64,000 bases of DNA, from the NCBI RefSeq assembly GCF_004010195.1, contig NC_057749.1, positions 7,275,416-7,339,415 of the forward strand, in the 5' to 3' direction. Below are positions 24,289 through 36,414 of this stretch, in pieces; position 1 is the stretch's first letter; the number at the start of each line of letters is the position of its first letter. Under the pieces are notes generated by a model, which saw only the letters and a program-made list of their open reading frames with translations, searched no databases and was not told where the DNA came from. Position numbers and translations under genes: made by a program. This DNA comes from Chiloscyllium plagiosum. Taxonomy: Eukaryota.

Positions 24289-25349
24289 TATTTTAAGTCG
24301 TTAGGAATGCCAACCATGTTTGAGTGTACCCCTGGAGGTTTCATCACATGACACACCAGCCCTTAGTCAGCCAACACATCTATCCTTGAGATGTGCTGCC
24401 AATTTGAAACGAACGTGACTCATTCCCCAATTGGATAATGCTTGACTTTCAGCCAAGTAGCAATTTACTTTTCCCACATTTTCAAACTCTTTGCAGGTAA
24501 ATGATATAAAAATTATCACATGCTTTTTTTGATGTGCCTCCTTTTGTTTCATCCAGAGGTTGATCAAGGAGTCCCTACAGTGTGGAAGCCGGGTATTTGT
24601 CCCATTGAGTCCACACGGACCCTCCAAAGAGCCACCTCTTGATCTCTGGCCTTTCGTTTCCATCATACAACAATGACCTTGTCACCGTACTAGAATTCGC
24701 ACAAGCAAGGAGAGCTTACATTTGTTGAAAAGTTTGGAAAATGCAAGATGCTCAATTCGGAACGAGATCCATCAGCACGCTTAGATCAATCAAGGCAACT
24801 CGAAATGTGAACTAAATTCAAGCCATTAGGATGGAGAATGGAAAGGGACTGACGTCACCTTACTTCTTATATGTTACGGACCCTGAATGAAGCATTTTAA
24901 CAATGAAGTCTATATGTACTCTGAAGAAGTTGTAATGTAGAAATGATGCATTGGCTTATAATTTCAATATAATTTTCATTCAATATTCTTTCCTTTTTAA
25001 TATCCCATTCGCCACTTACCTTTAACCTGCTGAATTTTACTATTTTTATTCCTGTATGCTTGGCATACATTTCCAAGTTTTTAACTTGACTCCGCGTATT
25101 CAATCTTTTCAATATAACTCACACTTCAGCCCTCAGGCTGCAAGCATGTTACCTGGATGAAGTACCATTAGTATTATTTTCCACTTGGCCTGGTCCTGAT
25201 ATAAGTTGCATCTCCCTGATTGTGTCTCCCACCAAGTACTGGTGAGAAAATTGAAGATCCCTCAGAACTTGAGCCTGCATCCCAACTACTGGGGCATTCC
25301 AGGTTTTAAGAGCAGCAACATCAAAAAGGTTGATAACAAGAGATACTTG

Positions 25350-25449
25350 GAGAAAGTGAGGACTGCAGATGCTGGAGATTAGAGTCGAGAGTGTGGTGCT
25401 GGAAAAGCACAGCAGGTCAGGCAGCATCCGAGGAGCAGGAGAATCGACG
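25350..25449 (-). mobile_element. Short P1 PLE insertion
   Basis: Perfect 8-bp TSD gatacttg at 25342-25349 and 25450-25457. Confidence 0.85.
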
Positions 25450-25952
25450 GATACTTGTCAAGTTTGATCTGGATGTGCTGCCTGAAAGGATGAAGGAAGC
25501 AGAAGGAATAGCAGCTTGAAAGAGAAATATTCTGCAGGATTTGGAGAAAGGCCAAGCAAACCAGACCATAGGATAGCTCTCTCAAAGGAGACTGAATGGC
25601 CTCCTTCTGTGGCATGTATTTCTAAGATTCACAGTAATGACACTGAGCTACTTAATCAGATCCCAGTCATTCGCTTTATTCCAAAGGCTTTTGCACTACA
25701 GTGGTAGTGTCCCTGCCTCTCAGCCTAAAGACTAGCTTCAAGTCCTACCTGTTCCACAGGTGTGTAATAATGTATCTAAAGAAATTGATTAAGGAATATT
25801 TATAAATACACTGCTGTTACACGCTGCCTTCTCTAAATGATCTTTACTTTTTTTTTCTCAGTCTATGTCCATTAGGTATCTCACTTCTCTTCAGTCAATG
25901 TTGAAGGGGAGACAGACCTGTAGTATAGTGCTCATTGGGTGAGTAATGTTAA

Positions 25953-26242
25953 GGGGTGGCACGGTGGCTCAGTGGTTAGCACTACTGCCTCACAGTGCCA
26001 GGGACCCAGGTTTGATTCCAGCCTCGGATGACTGTCTGTGTGGAGTTTGCATATTCTACCCGTGTCTGCCTAAGTTTCCTCTGGGTGCTCTTGTTTTCTG
26101 CCACAGTCCAAAGCTGTGCAGGTCATGTGAGTTGGCCATGCTAAATTGCCCATCATGTTATGTGCATTAGTCAGAGGCAAATGGGTCAGTGTGGACTTGT
26201 TGGGCCGATGGGCCTGTTTACACACTGTAGGGAATCTAATCT
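25953..26242 (+). mobile_element. Full-length HE1 SINE
   Basis: A box gtggctcagtgg, B box ggtttgattcc, V-domain core, tail cacactgtaggg(aatct)n. Confidence 0.9.
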
Positions 26243-26289
26243 GACAAGGATACATGGTGAATTTGAAATCCCAATCCAGTAGCTGGTGA

Positions 26290-26570
26290 AGCACAGTGGC
26301 TCAGTTGCTAGCACTGCTGTGTCACAGCACTTGGGACACAAATTTGATTCCACCCTCAGGTCATAACTGTCTGTGTAGAGCTTGCACATTCTCCCCGTAT
26401 CTGCATGGGTTTCCTCCCACAGTCCAAAGATGGACCAGTTAAGTAAATTGACCATGCTACAGTGCCCAGTGATGTGTGGTTAAGCCTTAGGAAATATCAG
26501 GGATGGGGTGGGATGTTATTCTGGACTCGATGGGCTGATTGGCTTGCTTCCACACTGTAGGGATTCTGTG
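26290..26570 (+). mobile_element. HE1 SINE (diverged, tandem to previous)
   Basis: Same head, core and tail motifs. Confidence 0.85.
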
Positions 26571-26684
26571 GACTTTAGACTTGAAATTTGGGATTGATAG
26601 TTAACTTTATGGTCCCCATGACTGAGGATTTCAAAGTAAAGACCCATTTGATTCATTGATTCCTCTATTGTTAATAGCAAGTTT

Positions 26685-26850
26685 AAAAACATTAGGACAT
26701 CCTATGACACTTGCCAAGCAATGTAATATTTCTGAAGTATTATCACTCTTGTAGATAACCTGCTCGCTGATGGATAAACATTGGCCCAGGAAACTGGGGA
26801 CTAATCCTCCCTTGCTCTTCTTCAAAGGAGGGATCATTTAGATTTACTTG
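26685..26850 (-). mobile_element. Deu-domain SINE fragment
   Basis: ggataaacattggcccagga...ttgctcttcttcaaa...gggatc. Confidence 0.6.
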
Positions 26851-27149
26851 AAGACAGAAGCACTCTTTCATACGAATATGAGAACTAGGGGCAGGACTAG
26901 ACGATCTAGCCGATCGAGTCTGCTCCACCATCCAATAAGATCATGGCTGATCTTTTTATGGCCTCAGCACCACTTAACTCTTCTGCTCACCATAACCCTT
27001 AATTCCTTTGCAGTTCAAAAAATTATCTATCTTCGCTTTAAAAACATTTACTGAGTGAATGTAAAACATTTACTGAGTAAAAACTTGAGTGAAATCAACA
27101 TTGGTAAATGTATGAGAATTAGTCAGTAATTTTTGAATATGACGAGTTT

Positions 27150-27448
27150 TAGATTAGATTACTTACAGTGTGGAAACAGGCCCTTCGGCCCAACAAGTCC
27201 ACACCGACCCGCCGAAGCGTAACCCACCCATTGCCGTACATTTACCCCTTTACCTAACACTACGGGCAATTTAGCATGGCCAATTCACCTGACCTGCACA
27301 TCTTTGTGACTGTGGGAGGAAACCGGAGCACCCGGAGGAAACCCACGCAGACACCGGGAGAACGTGCAAACTCCACACAGTCAGTCGCCTGAGGCGGGAA
27401 TTGAACCCAGGTCTCTGGCGCTGTGAGGCAGCAGTGCTAACCACTGTG
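27150..27448 (-). mobile_element. Young HE1 SINE (CpG-rich)
   Basis: Retains many CpGs; B box gggttcaattcc on the minus strand; (tagat)n tail. Confidence 0.92.
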
Positions 27449-28211
27449 AGTTGATTTGTAGTATTTAACTTAGGGGTTTGCCTGCCAAGTAATTGCTTAC
27501 CTTTTTTAAAAGCCAACATCCACCTCATGTGTTTCTACAGAAGCTCATCTTTGTTAAGTGTATAATAACACAAGTCACTTTCTGTTAAGTGGGTAGAGTT
27601 CGAACTCCCACCCTCATTCTTAACATTGCAAAATGCAAATCTGTTAATAGTTCATAGTTCCCAAAGTTGAATCAATTTAAATATGCTGCGAGCTCTTCAC
27701 ACTTCTAACTATCTATTAGCATGTGATTATGGATAACCATCTGCATTGGCCTGAGGTGATGAGGGTAGGCAGGTTTGATCAGAAGGACACGACCATGGTT
27801 TGACATGTTCTAACAGCAAGATTCGGTGGTTCCAAGGGAATAAAGGGCAAAGATTTAATGTTACCATTCTCCAGCTAAAGGGCCCTCTCCACCTTTGTCA
27901 GGTCAAGGAGGAGAACGTGATCCCAAAACCGAAGGGTTTCTGCAACAAGGTACAGGTGAAAGAGCTCGACGCGGTCATTCTGAATATTCGGCCCATTCAA
28001 AAGCTGCACTGATATTTTACCCACATTCCACCCCCAACTCCCCCAACCCACTGAACACCCTCAAAGTGGGGAACAAAGAGTCAACACTTCATGTTTTATT
28101 TCCCAAAAGAAATTCCTTTCATAAACTTTACGAGAATACATTATCCGGCCGTTCAAAGTTGACATCACATATGGTGAAAAATGAAGTCAGTTTGTGACAA
28201 GTGCTCACAAA

Positions 28212-28465
28212 GAGAATCCCTACAGTGTGGAAGAAGGCCATTCAGTCCAAGGAGCACCCCACCCAGACCCATTCCCTGTAACCCTGCATTAACCATGGCT
28301 AATTCACTTCACCAGCACAGCTTTGGTCTGAGGGAATAAAGCAGAGCATCCAGAGGAAACCCACACAGACACAGGGAGTATGTACAAACTCCACACAGAT
28401 AGTAGAATTGAATCCAGGATGGTCATATGGTAAGACAGCAGTGCTAACCACTGAGCCACCATGCC
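28212..28465 (-). mobile_element. HE1 SINE
   Basis: gaatccctacagtgtggaag ... gcagtgctaaccactgagccacc. Confidence 0.85.
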
Positions 28466-29576
28466 ATCTTTGATAAGCAATGCAATACAAAGTTCAATGG
28501 TGATTTTCAGGAGCAATTTGGCTACAGGGAGAATTTTCGATGTAACCTCACCGATGCGTCAGCTGACATCCTCACTGTCCAGCACCAGGTGAGGATCCCG
28601 GCACTACCACCTCACTAGTTCTGGTACCACATGCAATGTCCTCAAAGGCACCCCCAGCAGAGATCAGACAACTCACCACTGACTGGGCATCAAGTGGAAT
28701 ATGCATGATTCAATCCCCAATCCCACACTCACCTGTGCATTCCTCAACTGGGGCAAGATTCATTGCAACTTGCAGAAACACCGTTGCTCATGGGAGGTTC
28801 AGGGAAAGGTTTTTATTGCACAGAGAAAGGCAGCGCATGTGTAGACAAACGGGCAGGGGGTGAGAGTCCACACAATCAAAGTATGGCTAGGGTATGGAGG
28901 ACACCATCTAGCTGTCAATTCTGAGCTTGTCACAAGAGCGACTCAGTTCATCCGATTCCTGCTTCTTCCCCTTAACCCTGAAAATCCTCTCCCTTCAGGT
29001 AACTAGCTCTTTTGAAAGTCTCACATTGTGTGCAGTCAGGAGATACAGTGTGTTCTGGACCCTGGCCATTAGTTACTGAAAATTGTTTTTAGAAATGGCC
29101 AACTATTCTATCTCCGCGCTCAGGCCAATGAAAGAACAAAGTTAACACAGAGTGCCCAATTCAAGCTAATGAACTGATGATGGTTCCTTGCCAAGATTCA
29201 GGTTCAACGTTGCCACTGAAGGAACCTGACATTGCACTCCTGTACTTGCTTGGTTAACCTGTTGCATAGTTATAGTCCTGTTATGAAATGCAAAGTTAAA
29301 ATGATCCACTCTAAAGCACTGCAAATCCTCAGAGTAATGACTTCAAACATGCAATCAATTCCGTTTAGTCCATGATTTAATCAATTAATTGGCTGTTGGT
29401 ATTGCTGCTGCTCTACTAAATCTTTGCTTTCATTTCTACCCATGTCTACACTCACCGGCCTCCCCTCCTTTATTGCAAGGTGGATTCCAAACATTGCAAT
29501 GCTCACAGTTCCCAATCTACTGGGGGCTGCTGCTGGTATTTATCCCACTGAGTCCTCAGGTAGAGAATAAACTCAT

Positions 29577-29787
29577 CTAGGAGAAAGTGAGGACTGCAGA
29601 TGCTGGAGATCAGAGCTGAAAAGGTGTTGCTGGAAAAGCGCAGTAGGTCAGGCAGCATCCAAGGAGCAGGAGAATCTACGTTGCGGGCATGATTCCTGAA
29701 GAAGGGCTCATGCCGGAAACGTCGATTCTCCTGTTCCTTAGATGCTGCCTGACCTGCTGTGCTTTTCCAGCAACACATTTTCAGCGC
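29577..29787. mobile_element. Fold-back P1 PLE insertion
   Basis: Perfect 13-bp TSD agaataaactcat at 29564-29576 and 29788-29800; inverted arms; plus-strand CTGAAGA-A-gggctcatgccg-GAAA-CGTC. Confidence 0.9.
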
Positions 29788-30009
29788 AGAATAAACTCAT
29801 GCCAAACATGGGAATAATAGTGGTGGGGTCAATATAGTTCCTTCTGGGAGGGGTGAGATAACACAGTCTTGGTGGGCCGAAAATTCACCCTCTGTGCCAG
29901 AAGGATTGTGTTTCCACTTTAAAACCTTGAGCTGACTGAAATCTTTCACAATTTACTTCATCTTACACCAATACAGGCCTTCCAGCTGAAAAAGGCTGTG
30001 TGAGTGTAC

Positions 30010-30357
30010 GATTTTGATTTTGACTTTATTGTCATGTATACTCAAGTACTAAAATACAGGAGTCGAATGAAAAGCGTATAATGTCGCCGTGCAAGAAACC
30101 ATCTTGGATACAAGTACCGAGGTACAGAATCGTAAGAACAAGGTAGAAAGAAAGAATAAAGTTAAAAGTTATACTTTGCAGTAATTATAGTATAAAGCAT
30201 ACAAAGTAAGGTTAAAAGTTTCACACTGCAGATCTTCTTAGTTTTAAGTAGAAAATAAATGAAATAAAGCTGTAAGTTCAAACATTACAGTCTTTCGAAA
30301 GTGTTTAGCCATGGTGGGACCACACTTCAAGGACTCACCTTGTGACTAGACATCCAA
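30010..30357 (-). mobile_element. 3' half of family R retroposon
   Basis: (tttga)n tail, tttattgtcatgta, tgaaaag; reverse complement aligns with 7438-7585. Confidence 0.65.
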
Positions 30358-31366
30358 GCTGAGGCCATGCCAGGCTGAGAGACCACCATGATGAGTCATT
30401 GAGAGACCGTCATGCTGGGTCATTGAGAGACCGCCATGCTGGGCCAAAAGACCACCATGTTAGGCCAAGAGACCACCATGCTGGGCTGAGAGACTGCCAT
30501 GCTAGGCAAAGTGATCACCATACTGTGCTGAGAGACCACCATGCTGCACTGAGAGACCACCATGCTGAGCTGAGAGACCAACGTGCTGTGCTGAGAGACC
30601 AACGCGCGGGTCCAAGAGACTGCCATGCTGCACTGAGAGGCCACCATGCTGGGCTGAAAGACCACTATGCTGCACTGAGAGATGACTATGCTGCGCTGAG
30701 AGACCAATGTGCGGAGCCAAGAGACCACCATGTTGTGCTGAGAGACCACCATGCTGAGCTGAGAGACGACCATGCTGGGCTTAGAGACCATAATGCTGGG
30801 CTGAGAGACCACCATGCTGGGGCCACAGAGAGACCGCCATGCTGGGCTGAGACACTGCCATATTGGGCTGAGAGACTGCCATGCTGGGTCACAGAGAGAC
30901 CACCATGCCTGGCCAAAAGGCTGCCATGCTGGGCTAAGAGACCACCATGCCAGGCTGAGAGACCACCATGCTGGGCCTAGAGATTGCCATGCTGGGCCGA
31001 GAGACTGCCATCCTGTGTCGAGAGACTGCCATGCTGGCTCACTAAGAGACCACCATGCCAGACTGAGAGAACAACATGGTGGAGCAAGAGACCATATGCT
31101 GGGCTGAGGGTCCACCATGGCGGAGCAAGAGATCACATGTTAGGCTGAGAGACCAGCATGCTGGAGCAAGAGACCACCATGCTAGGCTGAGAGACCACCA
31201 TGCTGAGTCACTGAGAGACCGCCATGTTGGGCCGAGAGACCACCATGCTGGGCTGAGAGACCGCCATGTTGGGCCTAGAGACCATCATGCTGAGTCACTG
31301 AGAGACCGCCATGTTGGGCCGAGAGACCACCATGCTGAGTCACTGAGAGACCGTCATGTTGGGCCG
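30358..31366. repeat. Minisatellite/VNTR, 21-bp unit gctgggctgagagaccaccat with 24-bp variants, roughly 45 units
   Basis: Directly visible tandem array; alternating 24+21 bp higher-order unit at 31200-31366. Confidence 0.95.
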
Positions 31367-32251
31367 AATGTTCCATTTACGACTTCTCGCACTCTTCTCT
31401 CTCATGTTTATCGAGCTGCCCCCATTTACATCTTCACTTACCTTCTATAGTGATATGGTGGCCTTTACATTTCCCAATAGTAATAATTCTTTCCTTCTAA
31501 TAAAAGTGCTTTGCTAAAAATAAATGTTACATCTGTACTTAAGGATCACAGAGAATGCTGTCCAAGAAGCAGTAACACTGAGACAATTCAGGTTCCTTGA
31601 CATGGGCATTCAAATCAGATGCCCATGAAGGCATGACATTTTGCCAATGGGATCGGCAATCCTGCTCCAGCAAATATTAATATGTGGAATCACCACACAC
31701 GCTTCAGTCTCTTCTTCCCTGCTCTTTAATAAATCCCTTCTTTTTAATTCCTGAAGGCGTCAGAAAGCAGAGTGCTGATTCACATGAGGCTCTCAACAAT
31801 GTTCTATCATTCACTTAGAAATTGCTCCTTTTGATGTAGGTAGCTCAGAACAGAGGCAGCAATCTGGGAATCCAACCTTTATTCCAACGGAACAACCTAA
31901 TCAGAACTGAGGAGGCACAAGTCGGATGGGAGATGGGAAGGACACCACTTTTCACTCACACCCTTCAGGAAAAATTGTGGGGAGAAAAATCCCTGTGAAG
32001 AAAATCAATGCAATATTATCAAATAAAGTTTAAAAATGGGAAGTTATAGCCTAAGAGTAGAAGGTGGAACCTTGCAATGATTGAATGCCTGTGTATGAGG
32101 CACAGCTTACCTTTCTGAGCCAACTGGTACACTTAAGATATTTCTGCTTGTAGTGCTCAGGCAATTTTCTTTGAAAGCTGTGAACACTAGCTGAATATTT
32201 GAGATCATTCTTTGAGCATCTGATGATGCAATGAACACTTTCCGAGCTACC

Positions 32252-32352
32252 ATCAGCTCTGAGGAAGGGTCACTGAACCTGAAACGTTAACTCTGATTTC
32301 TCTGCACAGATGCTGCCAGACCTGCCGTCTTTTTCCAACAACTCCTATTTTT
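32252..32352 (+). mobile_element. PLE terminal fragment (family P3) with hammerhead-like core
   Basis: gct-CTGAGGA-A-gggtcactgaacct-GAAA-CGTT-aac followed by cacagatgctgccagacctg; also at 43807-43905. Confidence 0.7.
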
Positions 32353-32542
32353 GAGATGTGATTCTATGCTGTGCTTTACGATCAAGTTTAGTCCAAAGGC
32401 CGTGTTTCTTTGCATGCATGGGAATTTAAAATATGCATCTTTGTCCTTAATTTGGATTGGCAAAAATAATTCTACAACATGTTCCCCTTCACCCTTCCCA
32501 ATCCCTTTGATTTCCTCTATAACATCTGAACATCTGAACATC

Positions 32543-32844
32543 AGCACGGTGGCTCAGTGGTTAGCACTGCTGCCTCACAGCACAACGGTCCCAGGTTCGA
32601 TTCCAGCCTTGTCTGTGTGGAGTTTGCACATTCTCCCTGTGTCTGGGTTTCCTCTGGGTGCTCAAGTTTCCTCCCACAGTCCAAAGATGTGCAGGTCAGG
32701 TGAATTGGCCATGCTAAATTGCCCATAGCGATAGGTGCATTAGTCAGAGGGGAGTGGGTCTGGGTGGGTTACTCTTCGGAGGGTCGGTGTGGACTGGTTG
32801 CGCCAAAGGGTCTGTTTCCACATTGTAGGGAATCTAATCTAATC
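32543..32844 (+). mobile_element. Full-length HE1 SINE
   Basis: A/B boxes (gtggctcagtgg; ggttcgattcc), core, (aatct)3 tail. Confidence 0.92.
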
Positions 32845-33059
32845 TGCAAGCCACAAACTGTCTTTTTTAACTTTTGTTTAAAAGGGTAATATCCATTAGG
32901 TTCGGAAATCTGCTCTTCTTACCTAACCTGGAATATATAGGACTCTAAGACCACGCAGGTGACAGCTGCTTGCTGCAATTGTCTCGTGAGGCATTTAGTT
33001 TCAAGGATAATTCACGAAAGGCAACAAATGGTGGCCTGGCCAATGATGTCCACATAAAG

Positions 33060-33415
33060 AAGGTTATAAAATCATGAGTGGTATAGATAAAGTTAATGAT
33101 AGGTACCCTTTCCCTCAGGTGGAAAATTTCAAGATGAGATAGAATATTTTTAAGGTGAGAGGAGAGAGATTCTAAAAAGACATGAGGGGCTTTTTTTTAG
33201 ACAGAGAATAATTCATGTGTGGAATGAACTTCCTAAGGAAGTAGTGGAGGTGGGCACAGTTACAATATTTAAAAGACATTTGGATAAGTCCATGAATAAG
33301 AAATGTTTGAAGGGATATGAGCCAGGAACAGGCAGGTGGGATTAGTTTAGATTGAGATTATGTTCGGCATGGACTGGTTGGACCAAAGGGTCTGTTTCCA
33401 TCTTGTATGACTCTT
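33060..33415 (+). mobile_element. HER1/CR1 3' fragment
   Basis: ttataaaatcatgag...tttaaggtgagaggagagagatt...gggtctgtttccat. Confidence 0.85.
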
Positions 33416-34952
33416 TGCTGAGTTATAAGTCTCTCTTGGAGAAACACATGCTTGCGTTGGGAACCCAAGAACACAATGGAAGCAAATTGAAAAATCAAAT
33501 GTCTGCAGAATTTGACATTCTTGCCCGCTTATTCTTCCTGTGCAGTGCAGCCACAGTAAAATGCCAGCACTGGTCTGTATAGTATTCTGCACTTTTATTT
33601 TTAATTCCCCACATCTCTTAATTAATGACTTTGTAGTCAAACAGGAGGTCAGAATCCCGTGTAAAGTAAAAGATTACAATTCCCTCCACATGTATTAAAA
33701 AAACCTTTTCTAATTGGTTTTTGCTTCTATTTAATGGAAAATACAAAGGTATCGGCCGAGGCAAAGAATTCTAATTGACTGAGATTGCGCACAATTTAAT
33801 AATTAGTGCCTTTTGCTCTATTCAGTGCAGAAAATGCAAAGTTCCAGAAATGCAATCAAATAATAAAGCGATGCTTGATAGTAAGAATGTATTAATTATG
33901 TATGGCTTCATTTTATTAACTGCAATGTAGGAAAAATGTACTGTAAATCCTTGTAAAGTTACCTAGTTACATATCAGGATTACAGAAAGAGGGAAAGTAA
34001 TTAATGATTCTCAAATGTGCACTGGGTGAAGGGTGGTGGTGCTTCATTCCTGCTAATTCAGTGTATATCCCGATCGATACAATCAATGGAGGCCTGTCAT
34101 TGCCTCTCAATTATCTGTTACATCCCCACCTTCTGTTGTAATACTTCCTGGTGTTGAACGTACAGTCCTACTCATCAAGAAGGAAAAAACAGGAAAACTT
34201 ATGAACGACGCAGACTGGTCTGGCCTGACGTATGTACCTCAAAGTGCAGCCTCTGTGCAACCAACTTGTTTTCCTTTGTATTCCCTTTTGGGCTTTGCTC
34301 CCAGTGCATTAAAAAATTCTGTGTGTCCTTGCGCTCTTCCAATTCCTCTGTAATCCGCAAGCTTTTACTTGCAAAGAATTCATCTTAATTTGCTGAGGGG
34401 GATATGAGCAAAGGTGAGTAAATAGAACCAAGGTACAGATCAGCCATGACTTTAATTGAATGAACAAGCTCAAGGACCTACTCATGTTCCATGTTAATAT
34501 GTAATTCAAATTGGTGTCACCTAATCATTCCTCGCCTCTTGAGTCTTTGGAATGTGAGCGAGTGTTGTGCTGAAGCTTTGGCCTTTCACCTCAGTCTTCT
34601 CAATCAAATAAATAATTGCCAATTATTTGTTAGCACTCATTCTGAATGCAGCCAGTCCTCTACATATAAATTAGAGATGGGATTGTGTTTGAAGATGATG
34701 AATTGACTTGTTTCCCCTTCCAATGTTCTCTCCTGCAAATGTTGGCTTTTTAAAAAATTCTTTTGCGGGGATGTGGGCGTCGCTTGCTGGCCAGCATTTA
34801 TTGCCCTTCTCTAGTTGCCCTTGAGAAGATGGTCACAATGCCATGCATGCCATTTGCACCCCATCTGAGTACTCTGCTCAGGAGGGTGTGGGAGTGTGAG
34901 TGTGTGTATTGTGTATGTCTGTGTTCTGTGTCTCAGGGTCTAAGGGGAAATA

Positions 34953-35032
34953 CGTGTGTGTGTGTGCGCACATGTGTGTGAGAGTGTGCGTGTGCGTGCG
35001 TGTGTGTGTGTGAGAGTGTGTGTGTGTGTGTG
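34953..35032. repeat. Imperfect (TG)n microsatellite
   Basis: Direct inspection. Confidence 0.95.
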
Positions 35033-35989
35033 TAAGATCCTCATCCAGAATTGGAATCTTTGAGGGATGGCTGATGAGGATGACAAAAGGCAAGAAATGC
35101 CAACCCATGTCCTACCACAGAGTCCTGATATTGATCTCCTTGTAACCTAACATCCGTCAACTGCCTTGTGCACAACATTGTGTGAATAGAAAATTGACAG
35201 AAAACATGACTATTTCTCGGAGGCTGGAAAAGAAAAGAAATGAATACATTTCTTAAGCCCAGGGAAGATTAAAATTGATTTTATCTGTTTGTATTACCTC
35301 TCCTCTGGCTACAGACAAAAGCTCTCTCGCAAAGCATAATACCCTGTTGCTACATAACTACAGTGATAAGTCCAGTCAGGTACCAGCCATGCTCTGCAAG
35401 CCTCCTTAATGGTCTGTATACCACAGTGGAAGTATGCTATCATCCTATTTGTACCTGCCCTTCATCAGGCCAGAAGCTGTGTCACAATCCTTCACATAGC
35501 CAGGATTAGTAACTCAGTTCACATTTCATTAACATTGATCCCGAAACAATAATAAACACATGGTGTGAAGGTATCATAATCGCACTGAACCTAAAAGTTC
35601 CCTATAGGTTCAATAATCCCACTCAGTTCACCCAGCCCTCCGCATCCTCCATCTCTCTTGCCCGTGCCCCTTGTTCTAAGTCAGAATGGAATTTCACTGA
35701 ACGAGGCTGAGAATGGATTAGAATTTGATCCCAGGATTTATCTTCTGACTTTGCGTCATGAGGAGTTTGTTGCTGGAGGTAACGTTAAGGGCAATCGGAA
35801 TTCCCAAATCAAACCAGGAGAAATCGAGTCACTGCTAATTTGGATGACGCTTATTCAAGAGAAAGAACTCATGTTTATGTGGCAGTCCCTGGAGCATGTT
35901 ACAGTCAATTAAGCACTTTTTGATATGTTGTCACCGATTTACAGACATATATGTAATTTGTTTGAATTACATCAATCGAGGGCTGAAGG

Positions 35990-36335
35990 CATAGCTGTGA
36001 AGTCAATAGACTCGTGAGTTAGAGAATAATTTCAGGCAAATGTTCTGGGGATATGGGTTCAAATCCCATCATGACAGATAGTGAAATTTGATTTCAATTT
36101 TAAAAAATAAGGAAAAAAGAGCTGGCCTAATAACAACTACGTAATCTCTGTCTAATGTCGTAGAAACCTATGTGGTTCACTAATGTCCTTCGCTGTCCTT
36201 AACTGCTCTGATCAAAATGTGACTCCAGACCCACAGCAGCGTAGCTGACTCTTAAATGCCCTCTGGACAATTAGGAACCAGTAATACATGCAGATCTGGC
36301 CTGCAAGTCACACATTCCATGAACAAACAAATAAA
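35990..36335 (+). mobile_element. SINE family B
   Basis: gggttcaaatcccatcatg...ggttcactaatgtcctt...gtgactccagacccacagc. Confidence 0.75.
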
Positions 36336-36414
36336 GAGAATACTTTGGCTTTGACACAAAGAAACTGTGACACTTTGATACCCTCTTTGAATTACAGGCA
36401 CTGTTGAAATTTAG

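Noticed and set aside
24850..24857. Perfect CRE palindrome TGACGTCA
   Set aside because: A single 8-mer without promoter context is not enough to call a regulatory site.
25953..26030. tRNA genes at HE1 heads (also 32543, 45368, 51799)
   Set aside because: The tRNA-like A/B boxes run directly into the SINE core, so these are SINE heads.
27800..28197. Overlapping 70-aa and 100-aa ORFs in unique, CpG-containing sequence
   Set aside because: Non-ATG starts, no recognisable protein and no convincing splice-site pair; could be regulatory but this is unsupported.
30358..31366. CRISPR-like or protein-coding interpretation of the 21-bp array (ORFs of 193, 238 and 124 aa)
   Set aside because: Units are head-to-tail with no unique spacers, the context is eukaryotic, and there are no cas genes. 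The ORFs arise from triplet periodicity and are frameshifted.
35315..35379. Candidate 65-nt exon (ctacAG..CAG/GTacca)
   Set aside because: Weak donor, no recognisable peptide and no compatible neighbours.
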